A stretch of 64,000 nt of DNA from Squalus acanthias (lineage: Eukaryota), in the NCBI GenBank assembly GCA_030390025.1, contig CM059438.1, forward strand, positions 55,678,001 to 55,742,000, given 5' to 3'. The notes below the pieces were generated by a model. That model saw only the letters and a list, made by a program, of their open reading frames with translations. It did no database searches and had not been told where the DNA came from. Below, piece by piece: positions 1-14,100 of this stretch (position 1 is the first letter of the stretch; every line of letters begins with the position of its first letter). Position numbers and translations under genes: made by a program.

Positions 1-1675
1 AGTTTTACTCTGTATCTAACCCTTGCTGTACCTGCCCTGGGAGTGTTTGATGAGACAGTGGAGGGAGCTTTACTCTGTATCTGCCCTGGACGTTTTTGAT
101 GGGACATTGTAGAGGGAGCTTTACTGTATCTAACCTGTGCTGTTCCTGCCCTGGGAGTGTTTGATGGGACAGTGTAGAGGGAGTTTTACTCTGTATCTAA
201 CCCCTGCTGCACCTGCCCTCGGAGTGTCTGATGGGACAGGGTAGAGGGAGCTTTATTCTGTATCTAACCCGTGCTGTACCTGTTCTGGGAGTATTTGATG
301 GGTCAGTGGAGGGAGCTTTACTCTGTATCTAACCTGTGCTGTTCCTGCCCTGGACATTTTTGATGGGACAGTGTAGAGGGAGCTTTACTCTGTATCTAAC
401 CCCTGCTGCACCTGCCCTCGGAGTGTCTGATGGGACAGGGTAGAGGGAGATTTACTCTGTACCTAACCCCTGCTGCACCTGCCTTGGGAGTGTCTGATGG
501 GGACAGTGTAGAGGGAGCTTTACTCTGTATCAAACCTGTGCTGTGCCTGCCCTGGAAGTTTTTGATGGGGACTATGTAGAGGGAGCTTTACCCTGTATCT
601 AACCCGTGCTGTACCTGCCCTGGGAGTGTTTGATGGGACAGTGTAGAGGGAGCTTTTCCCTGTATCGAACCCGTGTTGTTCCTGCCCTGGATGTTTTTGA
701 TGCGACAGTGTAGAGGGAGCTTTACTCTGTATCTAACCCATGCTGTAGCTGCCCTGGGGGTGTTTGATGGGACTGTGTAGAGGGAGCTTTACCCTGTATC
801 TAACCCGTGCTGTACCTGCCCTGGGAGTGTTTGATGGGGATAGTGTAGAGGGAGCTTTACTCTGTTTCTAACTCGTGCTGTACCTGCGCTGGGAGTGTTT
901 GATCGGACAGTGTAGAGGGAGCTTTTGTCTGTATTTCACCCGTGCTGCACCTGCCCTAGGATTATTTAATGGGTCAGTGTAGAGGGAGCTTTACTCAGTA
1001 TCTAACCTATGCTGTACCTGCCCTGGTACTGTTTGTTGGGACAATGTACAGGGAGCTTTACTCTGTATCTAACGCGTGCTGTACCTGCCCTGGGAGTGTC
1101 TGATGGGGATAGTGTAGAGGGAGCTTTACTCTGTATCCAAACCGTGCTGTACCTGCCCTGGGAGTGTTTGATGGGACAGTGTTGAGGGAGCTTTACTCTG
1201 TATCTAACCCGTGTACCTGTGCTGGAAGATTTTGATGGGACTGTGTTGAGGGAGCTTTACTCTGTATCTAACGCGTGCTGTGTCTGCCCTGGGTGTGTTT
1301 GATGGGACAGTGTCGATGGAACTTTACTCTGTATCTAACCTGTGCTGTACCTGCCCAGGGAGTGTTTGATGGGACAGTGTAGAGGGAGCTTTAGTCTGTG
1401 TCTAACCCGTGGTGTGCCTGCCCTGCAAGTTTTTGATGGGACAGTGTTGAGGGGACTTTACTCTGTATCTATCCCGTACTGTACCCGTGCTAGGAGTCTT
1501 TGATGGGACAGTGTAGAGGGAGCTTTACTCTGTATCTTTCCCGTGCTGTATCTGCCCTGAGTGTGTTTGATGGGACAATGTAGAGGGCGCTTTACTCTGT
1601 ATCTAACCCGTGCTGCAGCTGCCCTGGGAGTGTTTGATGGGACAGTGTCGAGGGAGCTTTACTTTGTATATAACA
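1..1675. repeat. Tandem satellite, 67-bp unit, ~25 diverged copies (continues beyond window)
   Basis: Unit agagggagctttactctgtatctaacccgtgctgtacctgccctgggagtgtttgatgggacagtgt. Confidence 0.95.
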
Positions 1676-1860
1676 CATATAGACCCTCAATGTAATCTCC
1701 AAAATCAGTCACTCTGATAATTAATATAATGGAGCCACTTAGTGTAATCTCCAAGCAGTTTGATATAAAGGAGAGTTTAGAGTTTGAGACCATCGGCTCA
1801 CCCCATTCAGCTTGACAGACAAAATGTGACCAATCAGCTTGTACGTCCGGTTTCTTGTAC

Positions 1861-1866
1861 TTTATT
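1861..1866 (-). promoter_or_regulatory. CCAR1 polyadenylation signal AATAAA
   Basis: tttatt on + strand, ~260 nt downstream of the stop in an AT-rich 3' UTR, just before the satellite. Confidence 0.7.
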
Positions 1867-2127
1867 AACATAAAAAGTTAACGTTCCTCTAAAAACATTT
1901 CGCAATGCAAAAGTATCTTCAGCCGAGGACCGACCCATCCTTGAAGCAGTTCGGAAGTCTACTTTTACTAGTTTTTTGTTTTAAACAGTTCACGGTTATT
2001 CAGAACTTTGTACATCCTTTTTTCTACAAACACATCCTTAAACTACAAAAATCCATGACACATGCAGTGCTTGTCAGCTGCAACTCAGTGAAATCATTAT
2101 ATAACAATATGGTCGACTCCCCACACA

Positions 2128-2187
2128 TCATGCAGGTGCTCCATTCTCCTTCGACTTTTTATTTTTGTCTTCATCTGAGATTTCAGC
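2128..2187 (-). CDS. CCAR1: CCAR1 last coding exon ([19 protein letters not shown])
   Basis: aaacag acceptor; matches the CCAR1 C-terminus (...[10 protein letters not shown]..); TGA at 2130-2128. Confidence 0.9.
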   Translation of the reverse strand, partial: AEISDEDKNKKSKENGAPA

Positions 2188-5100
2188 CTGTTTCAAAACA
2201 AAGTTAAATATCATGAATTAGCGAATGACAAGTTGAACCAAATATTAAAGGTCACATTAATTAAAGATGCGGCAAAAGTTAAAGCACACGAGGTTAGCAG
2301 CTCCTGCCATGGATAGTGGGCGAAGCACTGAGGCGAGGAGAGCCCAAGGCCCCCGTGTGATCTGTGCCCAGTGCGCTGGTCTCCTGGGCCGCTAACAACA
2401 GGCAGTGTGATCTGTGCCCAGTGCGCTGGTCTCCTGGGCCGCTAACAACAGGCAGTGTGATCTGTGCCCAGTGCGCTGGTCTCCTGGGCCGCTAACAACA
2501 GGCAGTGTGATCTGTGCCCAGTGCGCTGGTCTCCTGGGCCGCTAACAACAGGCAGTGTGATCTGTGCCCAGTGCGCTGGTCTCCTGGGCCGCTAACAACA
2601 GGCAGTGTGATCTGTGCCCAGTGCGCTGGTCTCCTGGGCCGCTAACAACAGGCAGTGTGATCTGTGCCCAGTGCGCTGGTCTCCTGGGCCGCTAACAACA
2701 GGCAGTGTGATCTGTGCCCAGTGCGCTGGTCTCCTGGGCCGCTAACAACAGGCAGTGTGATCTGTGCCCAGTGCGCTGGTCTCCTGGGCCGCTAACAACA
2801 GGCAGTGTGATCTGTGCCCAGTGCGCTGGTCTCCTGGGCCGCTAACAACAGGCAGTGTGATCTGTGCCCAGTGCGCTGGTCTCCTGGGCCGCTAACAACA
2901 GGCAGTGTGATCTGTGCCCAGTGCGCTGGTCTCCTGGGCCGCTAACAACAGGCAGTGTGATCTGTGCCCAGTGCGCTGGTCTCCTGGGCCGCTAACAACA
3001 GGCAGTGTGATCTGTGCCCAGTGCGCTGGTCTCCTGGGCCGCTAACAACAGGCAGTGTGATCTGTGCCCAGTGCGCTGGTCTCCTGGGCCGCTAACAACA
3101 GGCAGTGTGATCTGTGCCCAGTGCGCTGGTCTCCTGGGCCGCTAACAACAGGCAGTGTGATCTGTGCCCAGTGAGCTGGTCTCCTGGGCCGCTAACAACA
3201 GGCAGTGTGATCTGTGCCCAGTGCGCTGGTCTCCTGGGCCGCTAACAACAGGCAGTGTGATCTGTGCCCAGTGCGCTGGTCTCCTGGGCCGCTAACAACA
3301 GGCAGTGTGATCTGTGCCCAGTGAGCTGGTCTCCTGGGCCGCTAACAACAGGCAGTGTGATCTGTGCCCAGTGAGCTGGTCTCCTGGGCCGCTAACAACA
3401 GGCAGTGTGATCTGTGCCCAGTGCGCTGGTCTCCTGGGCCACTGTCCTAACACAACAGGACTCAGTGTCCCAAAAATCAGCCGCAGCTCCTACATGCTGT
3501 CTAGCGACTCCTGCTGGAAAGTGTGCACTCCCGTGTTTGTGCGTGTCTGCCGGCATGTGTGTGCGTGTAGTATCTGTCAACGCGATGTGCAGACAGCATT
3601 GAGCTCAGCTGTGATGATCCCCACAATAGAAGATACTCATGTAAAAGGGCCCCTGGACCAGACACTGCCAGGACCCATGGAACTGTCCCCAGCCAGAGTC
3701 AGCACCGGGGAGAGGGGCCCATGGAACTGTCCCCCAGTCAGAGTCAGCACCTTCAGGAGAGGGGAGAGGGGCCCATGGAACTGTCCCCAGCCAGAGTCAG
3801 CACCAGGGAGAGGGGCCCATGGAACTGTCCCCCAGTCAGAGTCAGCACCTTCAGGAGAGGGGCCCATGGAACTGTCCCCCAGTCAGAGTCAGCACCTTCA
3901 GGAGAGGGACCCATGAAACTGTCCCCCAGTCAGAGTCAGCACCTTCAGGAGAGGGGAGAGGGGCCCATGGAACTGTCCCCCAGTCAGAGTCAGCACCTTC
4001 AGGAGAGGGACCCATGGAACTGTCACCAGCCAGAGTCAGCACCTTCAGGAGAGAGGGAGAGGGGAGAGGCGCCCATGGAACTGTCCCCCAGTCAGAGTCA
4101 GCAGCTTCAGGAGAGGGGCCCATGGAACTGCCCCGCAGTCAGAGTCAGCACCTTCAGCAGAGGGGAGAGGGGCCCATGGAAGTGTGAAAGATAAGCTGCT
4201 GCTTGCACTGTCAGTGATGCCACGTTTGACAAACAGTAAGTAGTAAAGCCTATAGAATATGAAGTTACGAGTGAGAGAAAAAAATCTCAACGTTACTAGA
4301 AATCTTCAATCTTCAGAACATCGAAAGCACTTCACAAACAACAGATTCCTTCTGAAGTCACTTATGTAAGCAATCACAACTGCCAATTAGCACACAGCAT
4401 GACCCCACAAAAATGAAATGAGAGAAGTGACCAGTTATTGTGTTCATTGAGGGAAGAATGCTGACCAGGACACTGAGACCTTCCCTGCCCTTCTCTTAAT
4501 ATCCATTGGATCCTTTACACCCACTTCCACTGAAACAGGCAGATGGGGCCTCAGTTTAACATCTCATCTTAAAGACAACACAGCATTCCTTCCGTACTAC
4601 ACTGATGGGCAAGCCTAGATTATATACTGGAGTCTCCGAGTGGGGCTTGAATCCATGAGTTCTGACTCAGACAAGAGTGCTACCACTAAGCCAAGCAGAC
4701 TGAGGAAGCGCCGCACTATCGGAGGGGCAGTACTGAGGGAGTGCCGCACTGTCGGAGGGGCAGTACTCAGGGAGCGCCGCACTGTCGGAGGGGCAGTACT
4801 GAGGGAGCGCCGCACTGTCGGAGGGGCAGTACTGATGAGCGCCGCACTGTCGGAGGGGCAGTACTCAGGGAGCGCCGCACTGTCGGAGGGGCAGTACTCA
4901 GGGAGCGCCGCACTGTCGGACGGGCAGTACTGAGGGAGCGCTGCACTGTCGGAGGGGCAGTACTGAGCGAGCCCTGCACTGTCGGAGGGGCAGTACTGAG
5001 CGAGCCCTGCACTGTCAGAGGGGCAGTACTGAGGGAGCCCTGCACTGTCGGAGGGACAGTACTGAGGGAGCCCTGCACTGTCGGAGGGACAGTACTGAGG

Positions 5101-8100
5101 GAGCGCCGCACTGTCGGAGGGACAGTACTGAGGGAGCGCCGCACTGTCGGAGAGGCAGTACTGAGGGAGCCCTGCACTGTCGGAGGGGCAGTACTGAGCG
5201 AGCCCTGCACTGTCGGAGGGGCAGTACTGAGGGAGCGCTGCACTGTCGGAGGGGGAGTACTGAGGGAGCGCCACACTGTCGGAGGGGCAGTACTGAGGGA
5301 GCCCTGCGCTGTCGGAGGGGCAGTACTGAGGGAGCACCGTGCTGTCGGAGGGGCAGAACTGAGGGAGCGCCGCGCTGTCGGAGGGGCAGAACTGAGGGAG
5401 CGCTGCACTGTCGGAGGGGCAGTACTGTGGGAGTGCCGCACTGTCGGAGGGGCAGTACTGAGGGAGCCCTGCACTGTTGGAGGGGCAGTACTAAAGCGAG
5501 CCCTGCACTGCCGGAGGGGCAGTACTAAAGCGAGCCCTGCACTGTCGGAGGGGCAGTACTGAGGGAGCCCTGCACTGTCGGAGGGGCAGTATTGAGGGAG
5601 CGCTGCACTGTCGGAGGGGGAGTACTGAGGGAGCTCCGTGCTGTCGGAGGGGCAGTACTGAGGGAGCGCCGCACTGTCGGAGGGGCAGTACTGAGGGAGC
5701 GCCGCACTGTCGGAGGGGCAGTACTGAGGGAGCGCCGCACTGTCGGTGGAGCAGTACATAAAAGATACCAAGGCACCGCTCAGAGAGCACGGAAGTTCTC
5801 CCAGTCTCTTGGTCAACATTTATCCCTCAAGCAACATCACTAAAAGCATTTATACGATAGCAAAATACTGCGGATGCTGGAAATCCGAAATAACAACAGA
5901 AAACGCTGGAAAAACTCAGCAGGCCAGGCAGCATCCGTGGAGAGAGAAACAGAGTTAACGTTTCAGGTCGAAGACCTTTCGTCAGAACTGGAAAAAAGCA
6001 GGAAATGAAATAGATTTCAAGCAAGGATAAAGCTGGGAAAAGGGGGAGGAGAGATTAAGAGACATTAAGAGCAAGAGGAGGTGTTGACGTGACAGGTTGA
6101 GGCTAAATGAAGTGTGAAATGCACTGGCAGAATAAGGACAGCTGCCAGCTTCTGGGAGAAAAAAAAGAGGGGGGGGGGGGGCAAATAAAAGGGTGGATGA
6201 AAAAATAAAATAAATGCGATAGGGGCTGAGGTTATGATCTGAAATTGTTGAACTCTATGTTGAGTCCAGAGGGCTGTAGGGTGCCTAAACGCTGCGCTTC
6301 CGTGGAACATAAGAACATAAGAAATAGGAGCAGGAGTAGACCAATCGGCCCCTCGAGCCTGCTCCGCCATTCAATGAGATCATGGCTGATCTGATCCAAC
6401 CTCAACTCTAAAGAACACAAGAAGTAGGAGCAGCACCCGGCCACTCAGCCCCTGGGCCCGCTCCGCCACCCACAGGGCCTTGACCGATCCGAACTCAAAC
6501 TCATGTCCAATTTCCAGCCCGCTCCCCGTAACCCCTGATTCCCTTTACTTCTAGGAAACGGTCTATTTCTGTTTTAAATTTATTTAATGAAGTAGCTTCC
6601 ACAGCTTCCTGGGGTAGCAAATTCCACAGACCCACTACCCTCTGAGTGAAAAAGTTTCTCCTCATCTCAGTTTTGAAAGAGCAGCCCCTTATTCTAAGAT
6701 TATGTCCCCTAGTTCTAGTTTCACCCATCATTGGGAACATCCTCACCGCATCCACCCGATCCAACCCCTTCACAATCTTATATGTTTCAATAAGATCGCC
6801 TCTCATTCTTCTGAACTCCAATGAGTAGAGTCCCAATCTACTCAACCTCTCCTCGTATGTCCACCCCCTCATCCCCGGAATTAACCGAGTGAACCTTCTT
6901 TGTACTGACTCGAGAGCAAGTATGTCTTTTCTTAAGTATGGACACCAAAACTGTATGCAGTACTCCAGGTGCGGTCTCACCAATACCCTATACAACTGCA
7001 GCAATACCTCCCTGTTTTTATATTCTATCCCCCTAGCAATAAAAGCCAACATTCCATTGGCTTTCTTGATCACCTGCTGCAGCTGCATACTAAATTTTTG
7101 ATTTTCTTGCACCAAGACCCCAGATCCCTTTGTACTGCAGTACTTTCCAGTTTCTCGCCATTAAGATAATAACTTGCTCTCTGATTTTTCCTGCTAAAGT
7201 GCATAACCTCACATTTTCCAATATTGTATTGCATCTGCCAAATTTCTGCCCACTCACCCAGCCTGTCAATGTAATAGGCCGAGGACGGTGAGGTCTGAGT
7301 GGGAGTGGAGCAGAGAATTAAAGTGACAGGCCACAGGGAGCTCGGGGTCCCCCTTACAGACTGATCGGAGGTGTTCCGCAAAGCGGTCACCCAATCTGCG
7401 TTTGGTCTCCCCAAACTAAAAGCATTTATCTCATTACACAGAATGTGCAGCACAGAAACAGGCTATTATGCCCAACAGGTCCATGCCGATGTTTATGCTC
7501 CACACGAGCCCTCTTCATCTCACCCCATCAACATGTCCTTCTATTCCTGTATCACTTGTGTGTTTATCCAGCCTCCCCTTCAATACATCGATGCTAATTG
7601 CTCTCTCACTCCATGCGGTAGCGAGTTCCACATTCTAACCGCTCAGTTTGTGAAGAAGTTCCCCCTGAATTCCCTATTGGATTTAATAGCGACTATCCGA
7701 CATTTATGGCCCATAGTTTTGGTCTCCCCCACAAGTAGAAACATCTTCTCTACCCTATCGAACCCCATCATAATTTAAAAAACCTCGATCAGGTCACCTT
7801 TCAGTGTTCTCTTTGCTGGAGAAAAGAGCCCCAGCCTGTTCAGTCTTTCTTTGCTGTTTGTTGAAGCTTGCTGTGTGCAAATTGGCTGCTGCGTTTCAAG
7901 AGTGACCATACTTCAAAAGTACTTGATTGGCTCTGAAGTACTTTGGGATGTCCTGAGGACCTGAAAGGTTCTGTATAATTGCAAGCTCATTCTTTCTTAC
8001 CCTAACACGAGTCAGTGGCTTGTGATAAGGAGGGAGAAGAGCGGGCGAAACGTCCATCTTTACCTGTTTAAGGACACTATGAATTTCCTCCATAACTGAT

Positions 8101-11100
8101 GATAGAGTCTTGCTGGTATTAGTCAACTGTTGCTGAAAGCGTAGCTTTGCCTCTTCACATACTTTCAAGTTCTCCTCGGCACGGGTCAGGTATCTCTTGC
8201 TTTCTTTTACCTCCACAGACAGACTTTTGCTGGCAGTCTCCAGAGTGGATACCTCCTTTGTTCTTTCTTCTGTATAAAACAAAAATATGATGCACTAGAT
8301 CATCTCCCTTGGAATTGCTGATTGGTAGTCTGAGATCCGAGTGCTACCAAGACAGCTTATACACAATCCTGGCTTGCCTATCACTGTGAGACAGCAAATG
8401 TCCTGCAGCAACATGTCAACTGACTGGCAAGGTAAAAATATTACACACCGCAACTGAAACGTACAGACCTCGGATATATTTGTATTATTAGCACTTTACA
8501 TAACTTGCTTAAGGTGCAAGGAAGATAGTTTCTCCCTCCCTGCAAACCTCTTATTCTCAGTTATTTATATTATATATTTTTCTTCCACCTCCCATGATGG
8601 ATTTACAGTATTTGGTCAAGATGTAAGTACTTTATTCATTTATTTATTCTCCCCCCCCCCCCGCCACAAATCCTTTCCATCACACTTATTTACACTATAT
8701 ACGGTATTTTTCTCCCCCTACCTCCCATAGTTGCTAAGGGAATTGGAGAAGGAGATAGCGGAAGGGCTTGCCATAATTTTCCAATCTTCGAGATGTGGGG
8801 GAGGTGCCTGAGGATTGGAAAGTGGCAAATGTGACACCATTGTTCAAGAAAGGGTGCAAGGAAAATCCTAGTAACTACAGGCTGGTCAGTTTAACATCAG
8901 TGCTGGGTAAAGTTTTAGAAAAAATAATAAAGGAAAAAATTAACGGGCACTTGGAGAGGTTTAAGCTAATTAAGGAGAGCCAACACGGATTTGTAAAAGG
9001 CAGATCGTGTTTGACTAATCTAATTGAATTTTTTGATGAAGTAACAGGGAGGATTGATGAAGGGAATGCAATATGTCTATATGGATTTTAGGAAGGTGTT
9101 TGACAAAATACCACATAGAAGGCTGGTTAACAAAATTGAGGCTCATGGAATAGGTGGGTCAGTGGCAGCTTGGATAAGGAATTGGCTTAAGGACAGAAAA
9201 CAGCGAGTTGTGGTAAATGGCTGTTTTTCAGACTGGAGGATGGTAGACAGTGGTGTTCCCCAAGGGTCAGTGCTGGGACCACTGCTTTTTTTGATATATA
9301 TATATATATATATATATAAATGACTTGGATATTGGAATACGGAGTAGAATTTGTTTTGCGGGTTAGCGTTCTCCAAGGCGGCCTTCGAGACACACGACAA
9401 CGCAAAATCATCGAGCAGAAACTGATAGCCAAGTTCTGCACCCATGAGGACGGCCCCAATAGGGATATCGGGTTCATGTCACGCTACAGAACGTGACTTG
9501 ACATCGTTGTCTGTCTTTCCAGTTTTTAAAAAACAAACAAAAAACAAACCCAAAAAACAAAAAACACTGCAGACAGCAGGATTTGACACGTTGAACCCCC
9601 TGGGACACATCTCATTGTCTTGGCTGTGCTCTTGGTGTGTCTTTGATGTAAGGACACCTTCCCTGAAAGATTGTATCTCTGCAGTTTCTGTGTTTATATT
9701 CTGTGAACGTTTGTAGATTCACTCATTGTAACTCTACCTGAGGAAGGGGCGATAGCTCCGAAAGCTTGTAATTTTAAATAAATCTGTTGGACTATAACCT
9801 GGTGTTGTGCGACTTCTCATTTTTATACAAGTTTAACATAGCTTCGCTGCTTTTCCATTCTATCCCTCTAGAAAAGAACCCATGCTGTTGTTGTGGCATG
9901 GCCCAGGGACATCTCCAATGACCAGATGGTCATTCACCATGGCCCAGGGACATCTCCAATGACCAGATGGTCATTCACCATGGCCCAGGGACATCTCCAA
10001 TGACCAGATGGTCATTCACCATGGCCCAGGGACATCTCCAATGACCAGATGGTCATTCACCATGGCCCAGGGACATCTCCAATGACCAGATGGTCATTCA
10101 CCGCGGCCCAGGGACATTTCCAGTGACCAGATGGTTATTCACCGCGGCCCAGGGACATCTCCAGTGACCAGATGGCCATTCACCGCGGCTCAGGGACATC
10201 TCCAGTGACCAGATGGCCATTCACCGCGGCTCAGGGACATCTCCAGTGACCAGATGGTTATTCACCGCGGCCCAGGGACATCTCCAATGACCAGATGGTT
10301 ATTCACCGCGGCCCAGGGACATCTCCAGTGACCAGATGGTTATTCACCATGGCCCAGGGACATCTCCAGTGACCAGATGGTTATTCACCACGGCCCAGGG
10401 ACATCTCCAGTGACCAGATGGTCATTCACCGCGGCTCAGGGACGACTCCAGTGACCAGATGGTCATTCACCGCGGCTCAGGGACATCTCCAGTGACCAGA
10501 TGGTTATTCACCGCGGCCCAGGGACATCTCCAATGACCAGATGGCCATTCACCGCGGCCCAGGGATGAATCCAATGACCAGATGGCCATTCACCGCGGCC
10601 CAGGGACATCTCCAATGACGAGATGGCCATTCACCGCGGCCCAGGGATGACTCCAGTGACCAGATGGTTATTCACCACGGCCCAGGGACATCTCCAGTGA
10701 CCAGATGGTCATTCACCGCGGCTCAGGGACGACTCCAGTGACCAGATGGTCATTCACCGCGGCTCAGGGACATCTCCAGTGACCAGATGGCCATTCACCG
10801 CGGCCCAGGGATGAATCCAATGACCAGATGGCCATTCACCGCGGCCCAGGGATGACTCCAGTGACCAGATGGTTATTCACCACGGCCCAGGGACATCTCC
10901 AGTGACCAGATGGTCATTCACCGCGGCCCAGGGACATCTCCAGTGACCAGATGGTCATTCACCGCGGCTCAGGGACGACTCCAGTGACCAGATGGTCATT
11001 CACCGCGGCTCAGGGACATCTCCAGTGACCAGATGGCCATTCACCGCGGCCCAGGGATGAATCCAATGACCAGATGGCCATTCACCGCGGCCCAGGGACA

Positions 11101-14100
11101 TCTCCAATGACGAGATGGCCATTCACCGCGGCCCAGGGATGACTCCAGTGACCAGATGGCCATTCACCGCGGCTCAGGGACATCTCCAATGACCAGATGG
11201 CCATTCACCGCGGCCCAGGGATGAATCCAGTGACCAGATGGCCATTCACCGCGGCCCAGGGATGAATCCAATGACCAGATGGTTATTCACCGCGGCCCAG
11301 GGATGAATCCAATGACCAGATGGCCATTCACCGCGGCCCATGGATGAATCCAGTGACCAGATGGTCATTCACCGCGGCCCAGAGACATCTCCAGTGACCA
11401 GATGGCCATTCACCGCGGCCCAGGGATGAATCCAGTGACCAGATGGTCATTCACCGCGGCCCAGGGATGAATCCAGTGACCAGATGGTCATTCACCGCGG
11501 CCCAGGGACATCTCCAATGACCAGATGGCCATTCACCGCGGCCCAGGGATGAATCCAGTGACCAGATGGTCATTCACCGCGGCCCAGGGACGAATCCAGT
11601 GACCAGATGGTCATTCACCGCGGCCCAGGGACATCTCCAATGACCAGATGGCCATTCACCGCGGCCCAGGGATGAATCCAGTGACCAGATGGTCATTCAC
11701 CGCGGCCCAGGGACATCTCCAGTGACCAGATGGCCATTCACCGTGGCCAAATTCTGAGCTGATCATCAAAGCACTTCATAAACATCACCTCACCAGCCCC
11801 AGTGCAGACATTAGCCCTCTCAGCGACACAAAGCCTTAATTTTAAACGCTTGCTAGGATTTTTTATGAAACTGAAACAATTGAATTGTTCTATTTCGATG
11901 TTCTTCCTGCTGCCCGCGCGTCATTAACATTATCTACAGTTTCTGCCTAGCTGTGGTGTGTTGAGCATGGTATAAGCGGGAGTTTCCATATTGCATCCAT
12001 CTCTCTCACACACACAGAACTTGACTGCGGTGTCTGGATATCCCCAGCTTCCAAAGCTCAGGTGAAGTTTACAACTCTGGGACTGAAGCAAAACTCGAAG
12101 CAGGCCCCAGATAATCAGCTTTTTGTGAAGGAAACGTCGCGTTTGGATTTCTAATATTAAATGATTACATTTATGCAGAATTTTCAAGTTTTCCTGTGGA
12201 TTAAACATTTTGCGTGTTTGTTATGTGAGAATCTTTATTTTTTGGACTATTTATAGAATGATACAGCACAGAAGTAGGCCATTCAGCCCACTGTGCCTGT
12301 TCAGGCTCTTTGAGAGTTCCATAGCCTTGCAAATTTTTCCCCTTCAAGTATTTATCCAGTTCCCTTTTGAAAGTTACTATTGAATCTGCCCTTCCAGGCA
12401 GCGCATTCCACATCACAACTCACTGCATGAAAAAATGATCTGAAATCTGTGTCCTCTGGTTAATGTGCTGTGTGATTCTATGAAATGGGAATGGAGTTGG
12501 AAGGCAATGATATGTTCAAGGACTTTGGAGAGGAAAGGCAGGTTCTGAATAGGGCAATAATTAGAAGGAAAGAGGGGTCTAGATGGGTTTTTAAGGATAG
12601 ATGTGATGACCACTGTTGAGTTGGTGTTTGAGGATAGGGAACTATTAGTTTATAAACTGTATGTTTTAACCTGTGTGCAGCTGCTTAGCTTAGCAAACAA
12701 GATGGTGGCCGAAAGAAATTGGAGGAAAAATTAGCCTGATTTGATTGGCTCATTTTGCTGCTGTTGCTGGTCCATGATTGGTAGTTTTCAAAAACATCTC
12801 CAGCATTGTTGTGTGGGTTGGTGGTTCCTGATTGGTGGTGTTTCCTACACGGCTATACTTGAGTAAATCATACGGGCAGTTATTGGACCAATCAGCTGCG
12901 AGTGCGACAGACACTTCTCCTGTAGGACACTTTAAATGTGACGCTCTGGCCCACACACTCCAGCTGCAGGCTGCACACTGTGACGCACTGGCCCACACAC
13001 TCCAGCTGCAGGCTGCACACTGAGGACACATAATTATAGAACTGTTTTTATAGTGCTCTGATCACACCACACAGTACAGTTCATGCATAAGCTAGTTAGA
13101 AGTCAAACAATTGAGAAGTGTATAAAATATAAGGTCTGATAGTGGCTCAGTGAGTGAATGCGCTGCCTGGTCTGGCATTGAACCACAGGTTTAATTCCCG
13201 CCTGGCCCGTGTTCGACACAATCCGGGATGATCCCAGCTTCACATACCGCCTGGCCTAGTACTGAGCCAAACAAACTTCCAGAAAGTTTGATTCCCCATG
13301 AGCTCTGTACTGGATGATGTGATCTAATGGGACAGAGGTGGGGAAAAGTCAGCTGTATAATTACAAGCCCATGTCCGCACTACACTGGAAACGTAGGTAG
13401 GTCACTTGTCCAACCAGTCAGGGATCCCAGCCCTGACCGCTGTCATGTGTGGACACTGAATGAAGACCAGTTGGGACAATGACCACTGCAGTTAACAGCC
13501 TACCAGCACTCACTGTCTATACTGATGCATAAAGAACGGTCGTTTGGGTGAGCTGATGGAAACCTGCCAGCCCCCAAGGAACTGTACACCAAGAGTCAGC
13601 GCCTTTAGGAAGAGAAACATAGAAAAATTGGAGCAGGAGTAGGCCATTTGGCCCTTCGAGCCTGCTCCGCCATTCAATATGATTGTGGCTGATCCTCTAT
13701 CTCAATACCATATTCCCACTCTCTCCCCATACCCCTTGATGCCTTTTGTGTCTAGAAATCTATCTATCTCCTGCTTAAATATATTCAGTGACTTGGCCTC
13801 CACAGCTTTCTGTGGTAGAGAATTCCACAGGTTCACCACCCTCTGAATGAAGAAATTTCTCCTCATCTCAGTCCTAAATGTCCTACCCCGTATCCTGAGA
13901 CTGTGAGCCCTCGTTCTAGACACCCCAGCCAGGGGAAACATCCTCCCTGCATCCAGTCTGTCTAGCCCTGTCAGAATTTTATACGTTTCAATCAGATCCC
14001 CTCTCATTCTTCTAAATTCTAGTGAATACAGGCCTAGTCGACCCAATCTCTCCTCATACGACAGTCCTGCCATCCCAGGAATCAGTCTGGTGAACCTTTG

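Noticed and set aside
3314..5843. Long repetitive ORFs of 120-350 aa (also 19901-21629, 33117-33931, 34248-34624, 35063-35953, 38380-38748)
   Set aside because: Products of stop-free minisatellite units open in several frames on both strands; they lie within CCAR1 introns with no splice or homology support.
9897..11749. CRISPR-like array (palindromic repeat unit)
   Set aside because: Units are contiguous with no unique spacers, there are no cas genes, and the context is a vertebrate intron.
9897..11749. Array of nuclear-receptor response elements (TGACC...GGTCA), tempting because CCAR1 is a receptor coactivator
   Set aside because: Half-sites are everted, read TGGTCA rather than RGGTCA, and are mutated in many units.
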